Virus record (IMG/VR): IMGVR_UViG_3300029319_000009
Source of the DNA: an uncultured virus (IMG/VR IMGVR_UViG_3300029319_000009)
Lineage: Duplodnaviria > Heunggongvirae > Uroviricota > Caudoviricetes
Length of the DNA: 57,717 nt
Reading direction: 5' to 3' (one strand)
Numbering within the stretch: position 1 is the stretch's first letter; every line of letters starts with the position of its first letter. Of the stretch, positions 47,533 through 56,070 are shown in pieces. The translations under genes and the position numbers were made by a program. The notes beneath the pieces are model-generated. The model did not search any database and had not been told where the DNA came from. It was given only the letters and a program-made list of their open reading frames with translations.

Positions 47533-48362
47533 TCGGAATTGGAACAGGTGGCAGTCAGATTGCTACAGAGTTAGCTCAGTATGAAGCTTATGATGTCATG
47601 GTGATTGATACTAGCTTTAAAGAGCGATTAAATAATGTCGAACAAATTTTAATTGATAGCCAAGAGACAATCAAGGATTACGAAGAGAAAACAAACCTTG
47701 ACATTAGTAAGAAAGTAGGCTATAATAATGTTCATGTGTTCTTGTTCGGAGGTGGTAAGACTACCGGAGTAACACTTAGAATCTTACAAAGGATCAAAGA
47801 TAAAAAAATTACTGTTCACTATGTTAGACCTGAAAAGAACTTTCTATCTAACAAGCAAAAGTTAAGAGAGCGAATGACTTGTGGTATACTACAGGAGTTA
47901 TCCCGTTCAGGAGTGTTTAGTAAAATTTATCTTTATGATGTTTTAGAGGTTCTAAAAGGGGCAGAAGTCAACTTCTTACAGAAAAAGGATTATGTTGCCA
48001 GCACAATAGCAGGGATGTTTCACATGACAAATTACATTAAAAATACAGAGGGGTTATTCACAAATGTAGAACAGCCATCGGAAGTCAACAGAATCTCTAG
48101 CTTTGGTATGGTAAACCCTGAGAACGGAGAAGAGATGTTGCACTTTCCTCTTGACAGCATCCGAGAAAAGTGTTACTATTTCGTTATGAGCAAGAAGGCA
48201 CTGGAGACACCCGGTGTCATCGAAAAAATTAATAATCAAATACAAGAAAATAATGAGCAAGCTTCTTTTAAAATTATTGATTCAGAATGGTCTGATAATC
48301 ATGTTTATGTAGAAGCTTTTACAAATGTCGTTCAGACGACCCAAAATAAAACGGAGGATTAA
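47523..48362 (+). CDS. Divergent tubulin/FtsZ-like protein
   Basis: N-terminal VIGIGTGGSQIA, IDT, and GGGKTTG at the position of the GGGTG(S/T)G signature. SD GGAG. Confidence 0.65.
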   Translation: MQVIGIGTGGSQIATELAQYEAYDVMVIDTSFKERLNNVEQILIDSQETIKDYEEKTNLDISKKVGYNNVHVFLFGGGKTTGVTLRILQRIKDKKITVHYVRPEKNFLSNKQKLRERMTCGILQELSRSGVFSKIYLYDVLEVLKGAEVNFLQKKDYVASTIAGMFHMTNYIKNTEGLFTNVEQPSEVNRISSFGMVNPENGEEMLHFPLDSIREKCYYFVMSKKALETPGVIEKINNQIQENNEQASFKIIDSEWSDNHVYVEAFTNVVQTTQNKTED

Positions 48363-49106
48363 ATGGGTATTGATCTTAAAAAAATGCGCCAAAAGCTAGC
48401 CGACCTACACAACAAGGGCGGTAATGGTAGCGGTGCTCGATTCTGGAAGCCATCAGAGGGCGAGAATGTTGTTCGCATTCTACCAACTAAGGATGGCGAT
48501 CCCTTCAAACACTTTCACTTTCACTACAATGTAGGAGAGAAGGCCGGCTTCTTATGTCCAAAGAAGAACTTTGGTGATGATTGTCCGGTTTGTGATTTTG
48601 TTTCAAAGCTTTACAACGATGGCGATGATGAGTCGCGACAGCTAGCTCGTAAGCTTGTAGCAAAAAGCCGCTTCTTCTCACCAGTAGTAGTTCGTGGTGA
48701 AGATGCTGAAGGTGTTAAGGTTTGGGGTTACAGCAAGACTGTTTACGAGAACTTGCTACAACTAGTCCTAAATCCAGATTACGGTGACATCACCGATCCA
48801 CATAACGGAACTGACTTGGTGCTAACTTATGGTAAGGCTCCAGGTGCTATGTTCCCATCAACTAACATCACTGCTCGTCGTAAGACTTCGGCATTGTCTG
48901 GTGATTCCGACCAGATGAGTGAGTTCCTAGATAGTGAGCCTGATTTTGATAAGCTCTTTGAGGTTAAGTCAAAGGAAGATGTTTCAGCCATTCTAGATAA
49001 GTTCTTACTCGGTGAGGATGGTGATAGCTCCGATGGAGTTGTTGTTACAGAGAAGTCCGGTGGCTCATCCGTAGATGATGCCTTCAAGGATCTACTCGCT
49101 AGTTAA
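48363..49106 (+). CDS. Single-stranded DNA-binding protein (gp32-like)
   Basis: FWKP..G...VRILP, HY...C...CPVC, GDITDP..G.D and an acidic C-terminal tail. SD GGAGG. Confidence 0.85.
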   Translation: MGIDLKKMRQKLADLHNKGGNGSGARFWKPSEGENVVRILPTKDGDPFKHFHFHYNVGEKAGFLCPKKNFGDDCPVCDFVSKLYNDGDDESRQLARKLVAKSRFFSPVVVRGEDAEGVKVWGYSKTVYENLLQLVLNPDYGDITDPHNGTDLVLTYGKAPGAMFPSTNITARRKTSALSGDSDQMSEFLDSEPDFDKLFEVKSKEDVSAILDKFLLGEDGDSSDGVVVTEKSGGSSVDDAFKDLLAS

Positions 49107-49115
49107 TTGTTTGGT

Positions 49116-49137
49116 AGGGGGAGCGAAAGCTCCCCCT
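49116..49137 (+). terminator. GC-rich hairpin after SSB gene (weak terminator or stabiliser)
   Basis: AGGGGGAGC-GAAA-GCTCCCCCT perfect 9-bp stem with only a weak T tract. Confidence 0.6.
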
Positions 49138-49156
49138 CCGTTATTATGGAGAAAAA

Positions 49157-50266
49157 ATGGCAAAAGCAGCAACTGGTCGGTTAAACTTAGCCGACATGAA
49201 AAAATTAATTAATAAAAAAGCAGGAACCAATGTTGCCTTCTCTCTTTCGGAGGACAACCCAACAGAAGTAAACCAGTTTATCCCTACGGGGTGTAAGTGG
49301 CTTGATGGGATTATCAAACGAGGAGATTGGGGTGGTATCCCTGTAGGAAAGGTAAGTGAGATTGCTGGTTTGGAAGCGACTGGTAAATCTTACATGGCAG
49401 CACAAATCGCTGGCAATGCTCAACGAATGGGCATTGATGTTATCTATTTTGATTCAGAAAACTCTATTGACCCAGAGTTTTTGGCTAATGCTGGCTGCGA
49501 CATTGAGAAACTACTTTATGTTCAAGCAAGTTCAGTAGAGTTTGTACTAGAGACAATTGAGAGTCTACTGGCGAACAATGATAGCCAAATGCTATTCATT
49601 TGGGATTCTATGGCTCTAACACCATCTGTCTCAGACATTGAGTCAGACTTTAACCCACTATCAACAATGGCTGTAAAGCCTCGTATCCTATCAAAAGGAA
49701 TGGCGAAGTTGATTCAGCCGATAGCGAATACAAAGTCAACTCTACTAATTCTAAATCAGTTGAAGACTAACATTACTAGAAACACAGCAGAAGCTCTTAC
49801 CACACCTTACTTTACTCCCGGTGGTAAGGCACTAGCTTACTCTTACTCGCTTCGCATCTGGCTAACTGCTCGCAAGGGTAAGTCATCTTTTATCTTTGAT
49901 GATAAGGGATTCAGAATTGGTACAGAAGTAAAGGCAAAGATTGAGAAGTCCCGCTTTGGAACCCAAGGAAGACAATGCAACTTCAAGATTCTGTGGGCTG
50001 GTGACGAAGTAAAGATTATGGATAAGGAAAGCTGGTTTGAGGCAGTTAAGTCATCAGAGAAGCTAACGAATGCTGGTGCTTGGTTTACTCTTCACTACGA
50101 AGATGGAACTACAGATAAGTTCCAAGGCAAGCAGTGGATGAAAAAGCTAGAAGATCAAAAGTTCTATGATAGGGTTACAGAACTTTTGGAAGAAGAAGTT
50201 GTTATGAAATTTGATAAAAGGATTGGCAACTCGTCCGACTTCTATGAAGAGAAAGAGGAAAAGTAA
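49157..50266 (+). CDS. recA: RecA/UvsX recombinase
   Basis: IPTG..LD, GGIPVG, Walker A GLEATGKS, DSE, WDS, ILNQ and TPGGKAL motifs. Confidence 0.93.
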   Translation: MAKAATGRLNLADMKKLINKKAGTNVAFSLSEDNPTEVNQFIPTGCKWLDGIIKRGDWGGIPVGKVSEIAGLEATGKSYMAAQIAGNAQRMGIDVIYFDSENSIDPEFLANAGCDIEKLLYVQASSVEFVLETIESLLANNDSQMLFIWDSMALTPSVSDIESDFNPLSTMAVKPRILSKGMAKLIQPIANTKSTLLILNQLKTNITRNTAEALTTPYFTPGGKALAYSYSLRIWLTARKGKSSFIFDDKGFRIGTEVKAKIEKSRFGTQGRQCNFKILWAGDEVKIMDKESWFEAVKSSEKLTNAGAWFTLHYEDGTTDKFQGKQWMKKLEDQKFYDRVTELLEEEVVMKFDKRIGNSSDFYEEKEEK

Positions 50267-50305
50267 AAAACAGAACCCTGCCGAAGTCAAGCCAAGATTT
50301 AATCC

Positions 50306-50334
50306 TTGACTTCAACCTCCACCCCTGCTAGAAT
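50306..50334 (+). promoter_or_regulatory. Sigma70-type promoter embedded in two inverted repeats
   Basis: TTGACT, 17 nt, TAGAAT with an extended -10 TG. Confidence 0.75.
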
Positions 50335-50358
50335 ATGGTTTCTAGCAGGGGTTATTTT

Positions 50359-51306
50359 ATGGAACGAATTATGATTGTAGACATGTTAAACATGTACTAC
50401 AGAGCTTACATTGTGGATCCTTCATTGTCTTCTAACGGTCAGCCGATTGGAGGAATCAAAGGATCGCTAAAGATTCTACAAAAATTATGTAGAGAAATCA
50501 AACCTACACAGGTTTACATTTGCTGGGATGGTCGTGAAGGATCATCAAAGCGACGAAAGATTAACAAAGGTTACAAGGAAGGGCGAAAGCCTATTAGATT
50601 AAACAGGGCTGTTAAGAACCTAACAGAACAACAGGAAGCCCAAAATAAAATTTGGCAGATGATTCGCTTGGCTGAATACTTCAACCAGCTACCAGTTTGC
50701 CAGATCAACATTGACTACTCAGAAGCGGACGACATTATTGGAGCTTTGGTGGCTCGTTTTAAGGGTAAGGAAAAAGTTATTGTCTCAAGTGATAAAGACT
50801 ACTTCCAACTCTTAGATGACTCTACACTTCTTTATCGTCCAACACAAAAGCAGATTTTAAACAAGAACAACATTATTGAAGAGTACAAGATTCACCCATC
50901 AAACTTCGCACTTGCGAGAGCCATTGTTGGAGATAAGAGTGATAACCTACCCGGTGTAAAAGGTGTAGGTCTCAAGACTGTGGCGAAAAGAATGCCCTTT
51001 TTGCTTGAGCAAGAAGATTGCCTCTTGAAAGATGTGTTTAACTCTGCTATAGTGGAGGACCGATTCTGGGATAAGATAACTGAGAGCCAGTCTCTCATTG
51101 AGCAAAACTATCAGGTAATGAATCTATCAACGATTAATTTATCACCACAAAATAGTAGAGTTATCAAAGAGTCGGTAGAGAACTATCCATTAGAGTTCGC
51201 AAGAACAGAGTTTATCAAAATGATGATGAAGGACGGCTTTGCTGAACTAAATTGGGACGATCTCTACACATCAATGAACCGCATAAGGATTGCTAATGCT
51301 AAATAA
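50359..51306 (+). CDS. 5'-3' exonuclease / flap endonuclease (PolI N-terminal, T4 RNase H-like)
   Basis: IVD..N, WDG, YK.GR, EADD, SSDKD, GDKSDNLPGVKGVG.KT. Start placed at 50359 because 50335 abuts the -10 box. Confidence 0.92.
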   Translation: MERIMIVDMLNMYYRAYIVDPSLSSNGQPIGGIKGSLKILQKLCREIKPTQVYICWDGREGSSKRRKINKGYKEGRKPIRLNRAVKNLTEQQEAQNKIWQMIRLAEYFNQLPVCQINIDYSEADDIIGALVARFKGKEKVIVSSDKDYFQLLDDSTLLYRPTQKQILNKNNIIEEYKIHPSNFALARAIVGDKSDNLPGVKGVGLKTVAKRMPFLLEQEDCLLKDVFNSAIVEDRFWDKITESQSLIEQNYQVMNLSTINLSPQNSRVIKESVENYPLEFARTEFIKMMMKDGFAELNWDDLYTSMNRIRIANAK

Positions 51307-52657
51307 AGATTTTTCAAAATTTGGAAAACACTTTCAGGAAAACCTAGTCCAGATTATGTTTGAGGATAGAGCCTTTTGCGATCAGGTCGGTGAAGTTTTT
51401 AAGGTTGAGTTTTTGGAACAAAAATACCTACAACAGTTCGTTGAGAAACTGTTTGATTACAAAGAGAAGTACCAAACTCATCCATCTTCACAGGCTATCG
51501 CAACGATTCTAAGAACAGAACTGGACGAAAGCAATCAAGTCCTAACTAAGCAAGTTAGAGAGTTTTTTGCTAGAATTCATGCTAATCCGTCCGTTGAGGA
51601 TGAAGAGTATGTTAAACACACTTCTTTGGACTTCTGCCGTAAGCAGAAGCTCAAGGAGGCTTTAATGAAATCAGCCAACTTGCTACAGAAGGCTTCATTT
51701 GACGAGATCTCAGTTCTTATCAATGAAGCTCTAAAGCTTGGCTCGGACAACTCCTATGGCTATGATTACAAGCTAGATTTTGAGAAACGATTTGTTCTCA
51801 AGCAACGAAATCCAGTTACAACAGGCTGGGACCTCATTGATAAGATTAGTAAAGGTGGCTTGGGTCAAGGCGAGCTTGGTGTTGTTATTGCTCCAACAGG
51901 AGCAGGTAAATCAATGGCTTTGGTTCACTTGGGAACTCAAGGACTTATCAACGGTAAGACAGTAGTTCACTTTACACTAGAGCTAGCAGACACAGTTGTA
52001 GCTTCTCGTTATGACTCGTGTATGACCGGCATTCATCTAAAAGATCTTTACCATCGCAAGGAAGAGATCTATGATGAGGTCAAAGAAGTAAAGGGCAATG
52101 TAATTGTTAAAGAGTATCCAACTAAATCAGCATCAGTTACAACTCTACGAAACCATCTAACAAAGTTACAGAATCGCGGAATTGATGTTGGAATGATTAT
52201 CGTAGATTATGCTGATTTGTTGAAGCCGACAGGCAACTACAAAGAAAAAAGAATTGAACTTGAATCAATTTACGAAAATTTAAGGGGATTGTCACAAGAG
52301 TTTCAGTGCCCTATCTGGACCGCTTCACAGACAAATCGTGGAGGGTTGAATGCTGAAGTTATTACAATGGAGAGTATTTCTGAAGCTTTCAATAAATGTT
52401 TTGTTGCGGACTTCATATTTACACTATCTCGGACGATTGAAGACAAGAATGTCAATGCGGCGAGAATGTTTGTAGCTAAAAATAGAAATGGACCAGACGG
52501 ACTTGTCTACCCTATGAGAATGGACACTTCCAATGTTTTGTTGGAAGTTTTAGAGCCGGATGGTAATTCCATTCAAGAAATCAACAAAGATGCCGCGAAG
52601 AATCAAAAGCAGAGATTAGCAGACATTTACAAGAAATTTAAAAAGGAGAACAATTAA
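51296..52657 (+). CDS. Replicative DnaB-family helicase (gp41-like)
   Basis: Walker A APTGAGKS, TLEL, IVDYADL, TASQTNR and KNRNG motifs. Confidence 0.93.
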   Translation: MLNKDFSKFGKHFQENLVQIMFEDRAFCDQVGEVFKVEFLEQKYLQQFVEKLFDYKEKYQTHPSSQAIATILRTELDESNQVLTKQVREFFARIHANPSVEDEEYVKHTSLDFCRKQKLKEALMKSANLLQKASFDEISVLINEALKLGSDNSYGYDYKLDFEKRFVLKQRNPVTTGWDLIDKISKGGLGQGELGVVIAPTGAGKSMALVHLGTQGLINGKTVVHFTLELADTVVASRYDSCMTGIHLKDLYHRKEEIYDEVKEVKGNVIVKEYPTKSASVTTLRNHLTKLQNRGIDVGMIIVDYADLLKPTGNYKEKRIELESIYENLRGLSQEFQCPIWTASQTNRGGLNAEVITMESISEAFNKCFVADFIFTLSRTIEDKNVNAARMFVAKNRNGPDGLVYPMRMDTSNVLLEVLEPDGNSIQEINKDAAKNQKQRLADIYKKFKKENN

Positions 52658-54516
52658 TGCAAATAGCGTCAGAAATTTTATCAGACATCACAGTACACAT
52701 GAAGTACGCGAAGTATCTTCCAGAGCATCAGCGAAGGGAGAATTGGGTAGAACTTTGTACACGAAATAGGGACATGCACATTAAGAAATACCCAGAGTTG
52801 AAAGAAGAAATTACACAAATCTATGACAACTTTGTCATACCAAAGAAGGTTTTACCTTCAATGAGATCAATGCAGTTTGCCGGTAAGCCAATTGAGGTTG
52901 CCCCAAACCGTGTTTACAACTGTGCTTACATGCCGATAGATCATGCTGATGCTTTTGCTGAATGTATGTTCCTTCTATTGGGTGGAACAGGTGTTGGCTT
53001 TTCAGTTCAGCAACACCATGTTGAAAAGCTGCCAGAAATCCGCAAGCCAAATCCAAAGCGAACTCGTCGCTTCCTAATCTCTGATTCTATTGAAGGTTGG
53101 GCTGATGCTGTAAAGGCTCTTGTTCACTCCTATTTCAAGGGCACATCAAAGCTTCGTTTTGATTTCAGCGACATTCGTCCAAAGGGTGCTCGTCTTGTAA
53201 CTTCAGGTGGTAAGGCACCAGGACCACAGCCACTTCGTGAGTGCCTAGTAAAGGTTGAAGGTGTTTTAGCAGAAAAGTCTGATGGTGATAAGTTAGAACC
53301 AATTGAAGTTCATGACATTGTTTGCCACATTGCCGATGCTGTTTTGGCTGGTGGTATTCGCAGAGCAGCACTTATTTCACTCTTCTCAGCAGACGATGAT
53401 GAAATGATTGCTTCTAAGTCAGGAAGTTGGTGGGAGACAAACCCACAGCGAGGCAGAGCAAACAACTCCGCAGTAATTCTACGACACAAGGTTGATAAAG
53501 AGTACTTTATGTCACTTTGGGACCGTATTAAGAAGTCGGGTTCAGGTGAGCCAGGAATTTATCTATCAAATGATAAAGATTGGGGAACCAACCCTTGCTG
53601 TGAGATTGCCCTTCGCCCTTACCAGTTTTGTAACTTAACAGAGGTAAATGCTTCAGATTTAGAGGATCAGGAAGAGTACGAAGCCCGAGTTAAGGCAGCA
53701 GCCTTTCTAGGCACCCTACAAGCCGGTTACACGGACTTTCACTATCTACGCGATGTATGGCGTAGAAACACCGAGAAAGACGCTCTCATCGGCGTCTCGA
53801 TGACCGGAATTGGGTCTGGTGCTGTTCTCAACTTGGACATGGAGGCAGGAGCCAAGGCAGTCAAAGAAGAGAATAGTCGCGTCGCAAATCTAATTGGTAT
53901 TCGTGAGGCAGCAAGAACTACTTGTGTAAAACCAGCAGGCACAACCTCACTAACACTAGGCACATCTTCAGGCATTCATGCTTGGCATAATGATTACTAC
54001 ATTCGTCGCATTCGTGTCGGTAAGAATGAAGCAATTTACAACTACTTATCACTGGCACATGAGGAATTAATCGAAGATGAATATTTTAGACCCCACGACA
54101 CTGCTGTTATCTCTATTCCACAAAAGGCTCCAGAAGGAGCAATTTACCGAACAGAATCAGCCATGTCCATGCTCAAACGAGTGGCAAAGGTCTCAAACGA
54201 GTGGGTTAGGAAAGGTCATAGAAAAGGTCAAAATACTCACAACGTTTCCGCAACTGTAAGCATTCGTGAGTCCGAGTGGGCAGATGTTGGAGAGTGGATG
54301 TGGGAAAACCGCGATGTCTATAATGGTCTTTCAGTTCTACCTTACGATGGTGGTAATTACGATCAAGCTCCATTTGAGGATTGTTCTAAAGAAACTTATG
54401 AGGTTATGCTTCAGTCCTTGACTAAAGTGGATCTAAATAATGTTTACGAGGCAGAAGACAACACTGATTTATCAGGTGAATTGGCTTGTGCTGGCGGTGC
54501 TTGCGAAGTAGTGTAG
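52657..54516 (+). CDS. nrdJ: Class II (adenosylcobalamin-dependent) ribonucleotide reductase
   Basis: NC, GGTGVGFS, RRAA, GEPG, TNPCCEI, VKPAGT and C-terminal CAGGAC. No adjacent beta subunit. Confidence 0.9.
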   Translation: MQIASEILSDITVHMKYAKYLPEHQRRENWVELCTRNRDMHIKKYPELKEEITQIYDNFVIPKKVLPSMRSMQFAGKPIEVAPNRVYNCAYMPIDHADAFAECMFLLLGGTGVGFSVQQHHVEKLPEIRKPNPKRTRRFLISDSIEGWADAVKALVHSYFKGTSKLRFDFSDIRPKGARLVTSGGKAPGPQPLRECLVKVEGVLAEKSDGDKLEPIEVHDIVCHIADAVLAGGIRRAALISLFSADDDEMIASKSGSWWETNPQRGRANNSAVILRHKVDKEYFMSLWDRIKKSGSGEPGIYLSNDKDWGTNPCCEIALRPYQFCNLTEVNASDLEDQEEYEARVKAAAFLGTLQAGYTDFHYLRDVWRRNTEKDALIGVSMTGIGSGAVLNLDMEAGAKAVKEENSRVANLIGIREAARTTCVKPAGTTSLTLGTSSGIHAWHNDYYIRRIRVGKNEAIYNYLSLAHEELIEDEYFRPHDTAVISIPQKAPEGAIYRTESAMSMLKRVAKVSNEWVRKGHRKGQNTHNVSATVSIRESEWADVGEWMWENRDVYNGLSVLPYDGGNYDQAPFEDCSKETYEVMLQSLTKVDLNNVYEAEDNTDLSGELACAGGACEVV

Positions 54517-54540
54517 TTTATTTTAGTCGATAGACTTAGG

Positions 54541-54565
54541 GGGCAGGGAGTTTATCTCCCTGCCC
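54541..54565 (+). terminator. Hairpin after nrdJ
   Basis: GGGCAGGGAG-TTTAT-CTCCCTGCCC perfect 10-bp stem. Confidence 0.65.
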
Positions 54566-54567
54566 TA

Positions 54568-54575
54568 ACTATTTA
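54568..54575 (+). promoter_or_regulatory. Putative late promoter motif ACTATTTA for lysis genes
   Basis: Directly after the hairpin, before the GAGGA SD of 54594. Confidence 0.7.
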
Positions 54576-54593
54576 CCTTACGAGGATTTTAAA

Positions 54594-54878
54594 ATGCCTG
54601 ATGAAAGATTAAACAATGCAGTGGAGTTCGCTGAATTAAAGGGCTCTCTCAAAAGAATTGAAGATGTTATTATGACAATAAAAGAAAAAAACGAGGAAAT
54701 GGCTGGTGACATCACCAAAATTAAAGAAGCTATTTACAATCCAGATCAAGGGATTTACTCTCGTTTAAAAGAACTTGAAGCATGGAAAGCAAACATGAGT
54801 AAAGTTCTTTGGATTGGGGCAACTGGAGTTATTGGCTCCATTGGTGTTGCGATCTGGGAAATTTTAAAAAATACATAA
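54594..54878 (+). CDS. Holin-like protein (coiled coil + C-terminal TM)
   Basis: Single C-terminal hydrophobic helix, directly upstream of the endolysin. Confidence 0.5.
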   Translation: MPDERLNNAVEFAELKGSLKRIEDVIMTIKEKNEEMAGDITKIKEAIYNPDQGIYSRLKELEAWKANMSKVLWIGATGVIGSIGVAIWEILKNT

Positions 54879-54887
54879 GGATATAAA

Positions 54888-55814
54888 ATGTTACTAAAAA
54901 AAGGTTCATCCGGTCATCAAGTAGTCGAACTACAAGAGGGACTTGAAGCATTAGGTTACGAATTAGGTGCCTGCGATGGTGCTTTTGGTCCAGCAACAGA
55001 AAAAGAAGTTAAAAAGTTCCAAGCAGAAAACGGACTAAAAGCAGATGGTTTAGCAGGTAATGGAACAATTAGCAAACTAAATGAGTTGCTAAATGCTAGA
55101 AACATTGAGATCCAAGTTGGCGAAGATAGTCAAAATGAAGAAGATCTACCACCAGATGAAAAGTTAAGTTGGGTAAAGTGCCCAGCAGATAAGTTCCCAG
55201 GCAGAGCAGGTTACACCCGTGTAACACTCCGTTCAGATGCCGCAGAGGCTTACAATGCCCTCTACCAAGAGGTTCAGGACTTGGGTGGGTACTTGACTTC
55301 AGCAGGCGGTAGGAGAGGCTTAGCATCCAAAGCAGGAGCCGCACGATCTAAAAAATCAATGCATTATGTAGGTTTGGCTTTCGACATGGCTCTACCAACA
55401 GGTATGTACAAACCAGAGAAAGATCCTTATGTTATTGAAGACGTTGGTAATCGTCGCTGGAAGGTCTGGATGAGATGTGATAAGGGCGAGGAAATGACCG
55501 TCGAAGGAACTTATGTAACTCGTTCAGGCGGCAAGACAAAGTTAAATAAAAAAGAAGTCACAGATAAGTTTGTAGATTTCACAGCACTCGCTAAAAAGCA
55601 TGGTTTTCATTCCATTCGTGCCCGTAGTTCATTTTTTAGAGGCGGTTCCTATGGTGGAGCAGAATGGTGGCATTTCCAGTATGAAAACGCACTTACAGTT
55701 GGTAAGTCTACTTTTGGTGAAGAACTGCTAAAAGTTTACCCACTCGCCAAATGTAAGCGATTTGTTTATTGGAACCAGTCAAAAGATTGCGTTTTCGGGA
55801 AGAACTGGTTTTAG
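54888..55814 (+). CDS. Endolysin: peptidoglycan-binding domain + M15-type Zn peptidase
   Basis: LKKGSSG..V..LQ..L...DG.FG..T...VK.FQ...GL..DG PG-binding domain. SMHYVGLAFD and EWWHF catalytic motifs. Confidence 0.88.
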   Translation: MLLKKGSSGHQVVELQEGLEALGYELGACDGAFGPATEKEVKKFQAENGLKADGLAGNGTISKLNELLNARNIEIQVGEDSQNEEDLPPDEKLSWVKCPADKFPGRAGYTRVTLRSDAAEAYNALYQEVQDLGGYLTSAGGRRGLASKAGAARSKKSMHYVGLAFDMALPTGMYKPEKDPYVIEDVGNRRWKVWMRCDKGEEMTVEGTYVTRSGGKTKLNKKEVTDKFVDFTALAKKHGFHSIRARSSFFRGGSYGGAEWWHFQYENALTVGKSTFGEELLKVYPLAKCKRFVYWNQSKDCVFGKNWF

Positions 55815-55817
55815 TTC

Positions 55818-55846
55818 TTGACATAGACCCCAAGATCGCCTATAAT
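55818..55846 (+). promoter_or_regulatory. Consensus sigma70 promoter
   Basis: Perfect TTGACA-17 nt-TATAAT. Confidence 0.85.
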
Positions 55847-55863
55847 GATTAGGCGAGGTCGAG

Positions 55864-56070
55864 ATGAAAAGATATCAATTTGTAATTCATAATCCAAAAA
55901 CAGAAGAAATAAAGATGCGAAACATCGAAAGGCGAAACATTGATGAAGCCATGGTAGATGCCCGTATTTATGCCCGTGGTGAATGGGAGTATACAGGAGA
56001 TCAGTGGTTTGTAGTTGCTCTTTATGACATGGATTATAAACTTGACCTCTCAAGACCGACAAGGGGGTGA
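55864..56070 (+). CDS. Small hypothetical early protein
   Basis: Downstream of a consensus promoter, with a GAGG SD. Confidence 0.6.
   Translation: MKRYQFVIHNPKTEEIKMRNIERRNIDEAMVDARIYARGEWEYTGDQWFVVALYDMDYKLDLSRPTRG

Noticed and set aside
47523..48362. Calling this a nucleus-forming (PhuZ/chimallin) phage
   Set aside because: No chimallin or multisubunit phage RNAP is recognisable in the window, and the virion genes are T4-like. The tubulin fold alone is insufficient.
19289..54516. Inteins or introns in terminase, RecA, helicase or RNR
   Set aside because: Lengths are normal, motifs are contiguous, and no intein termini or interrupted frames were seen.
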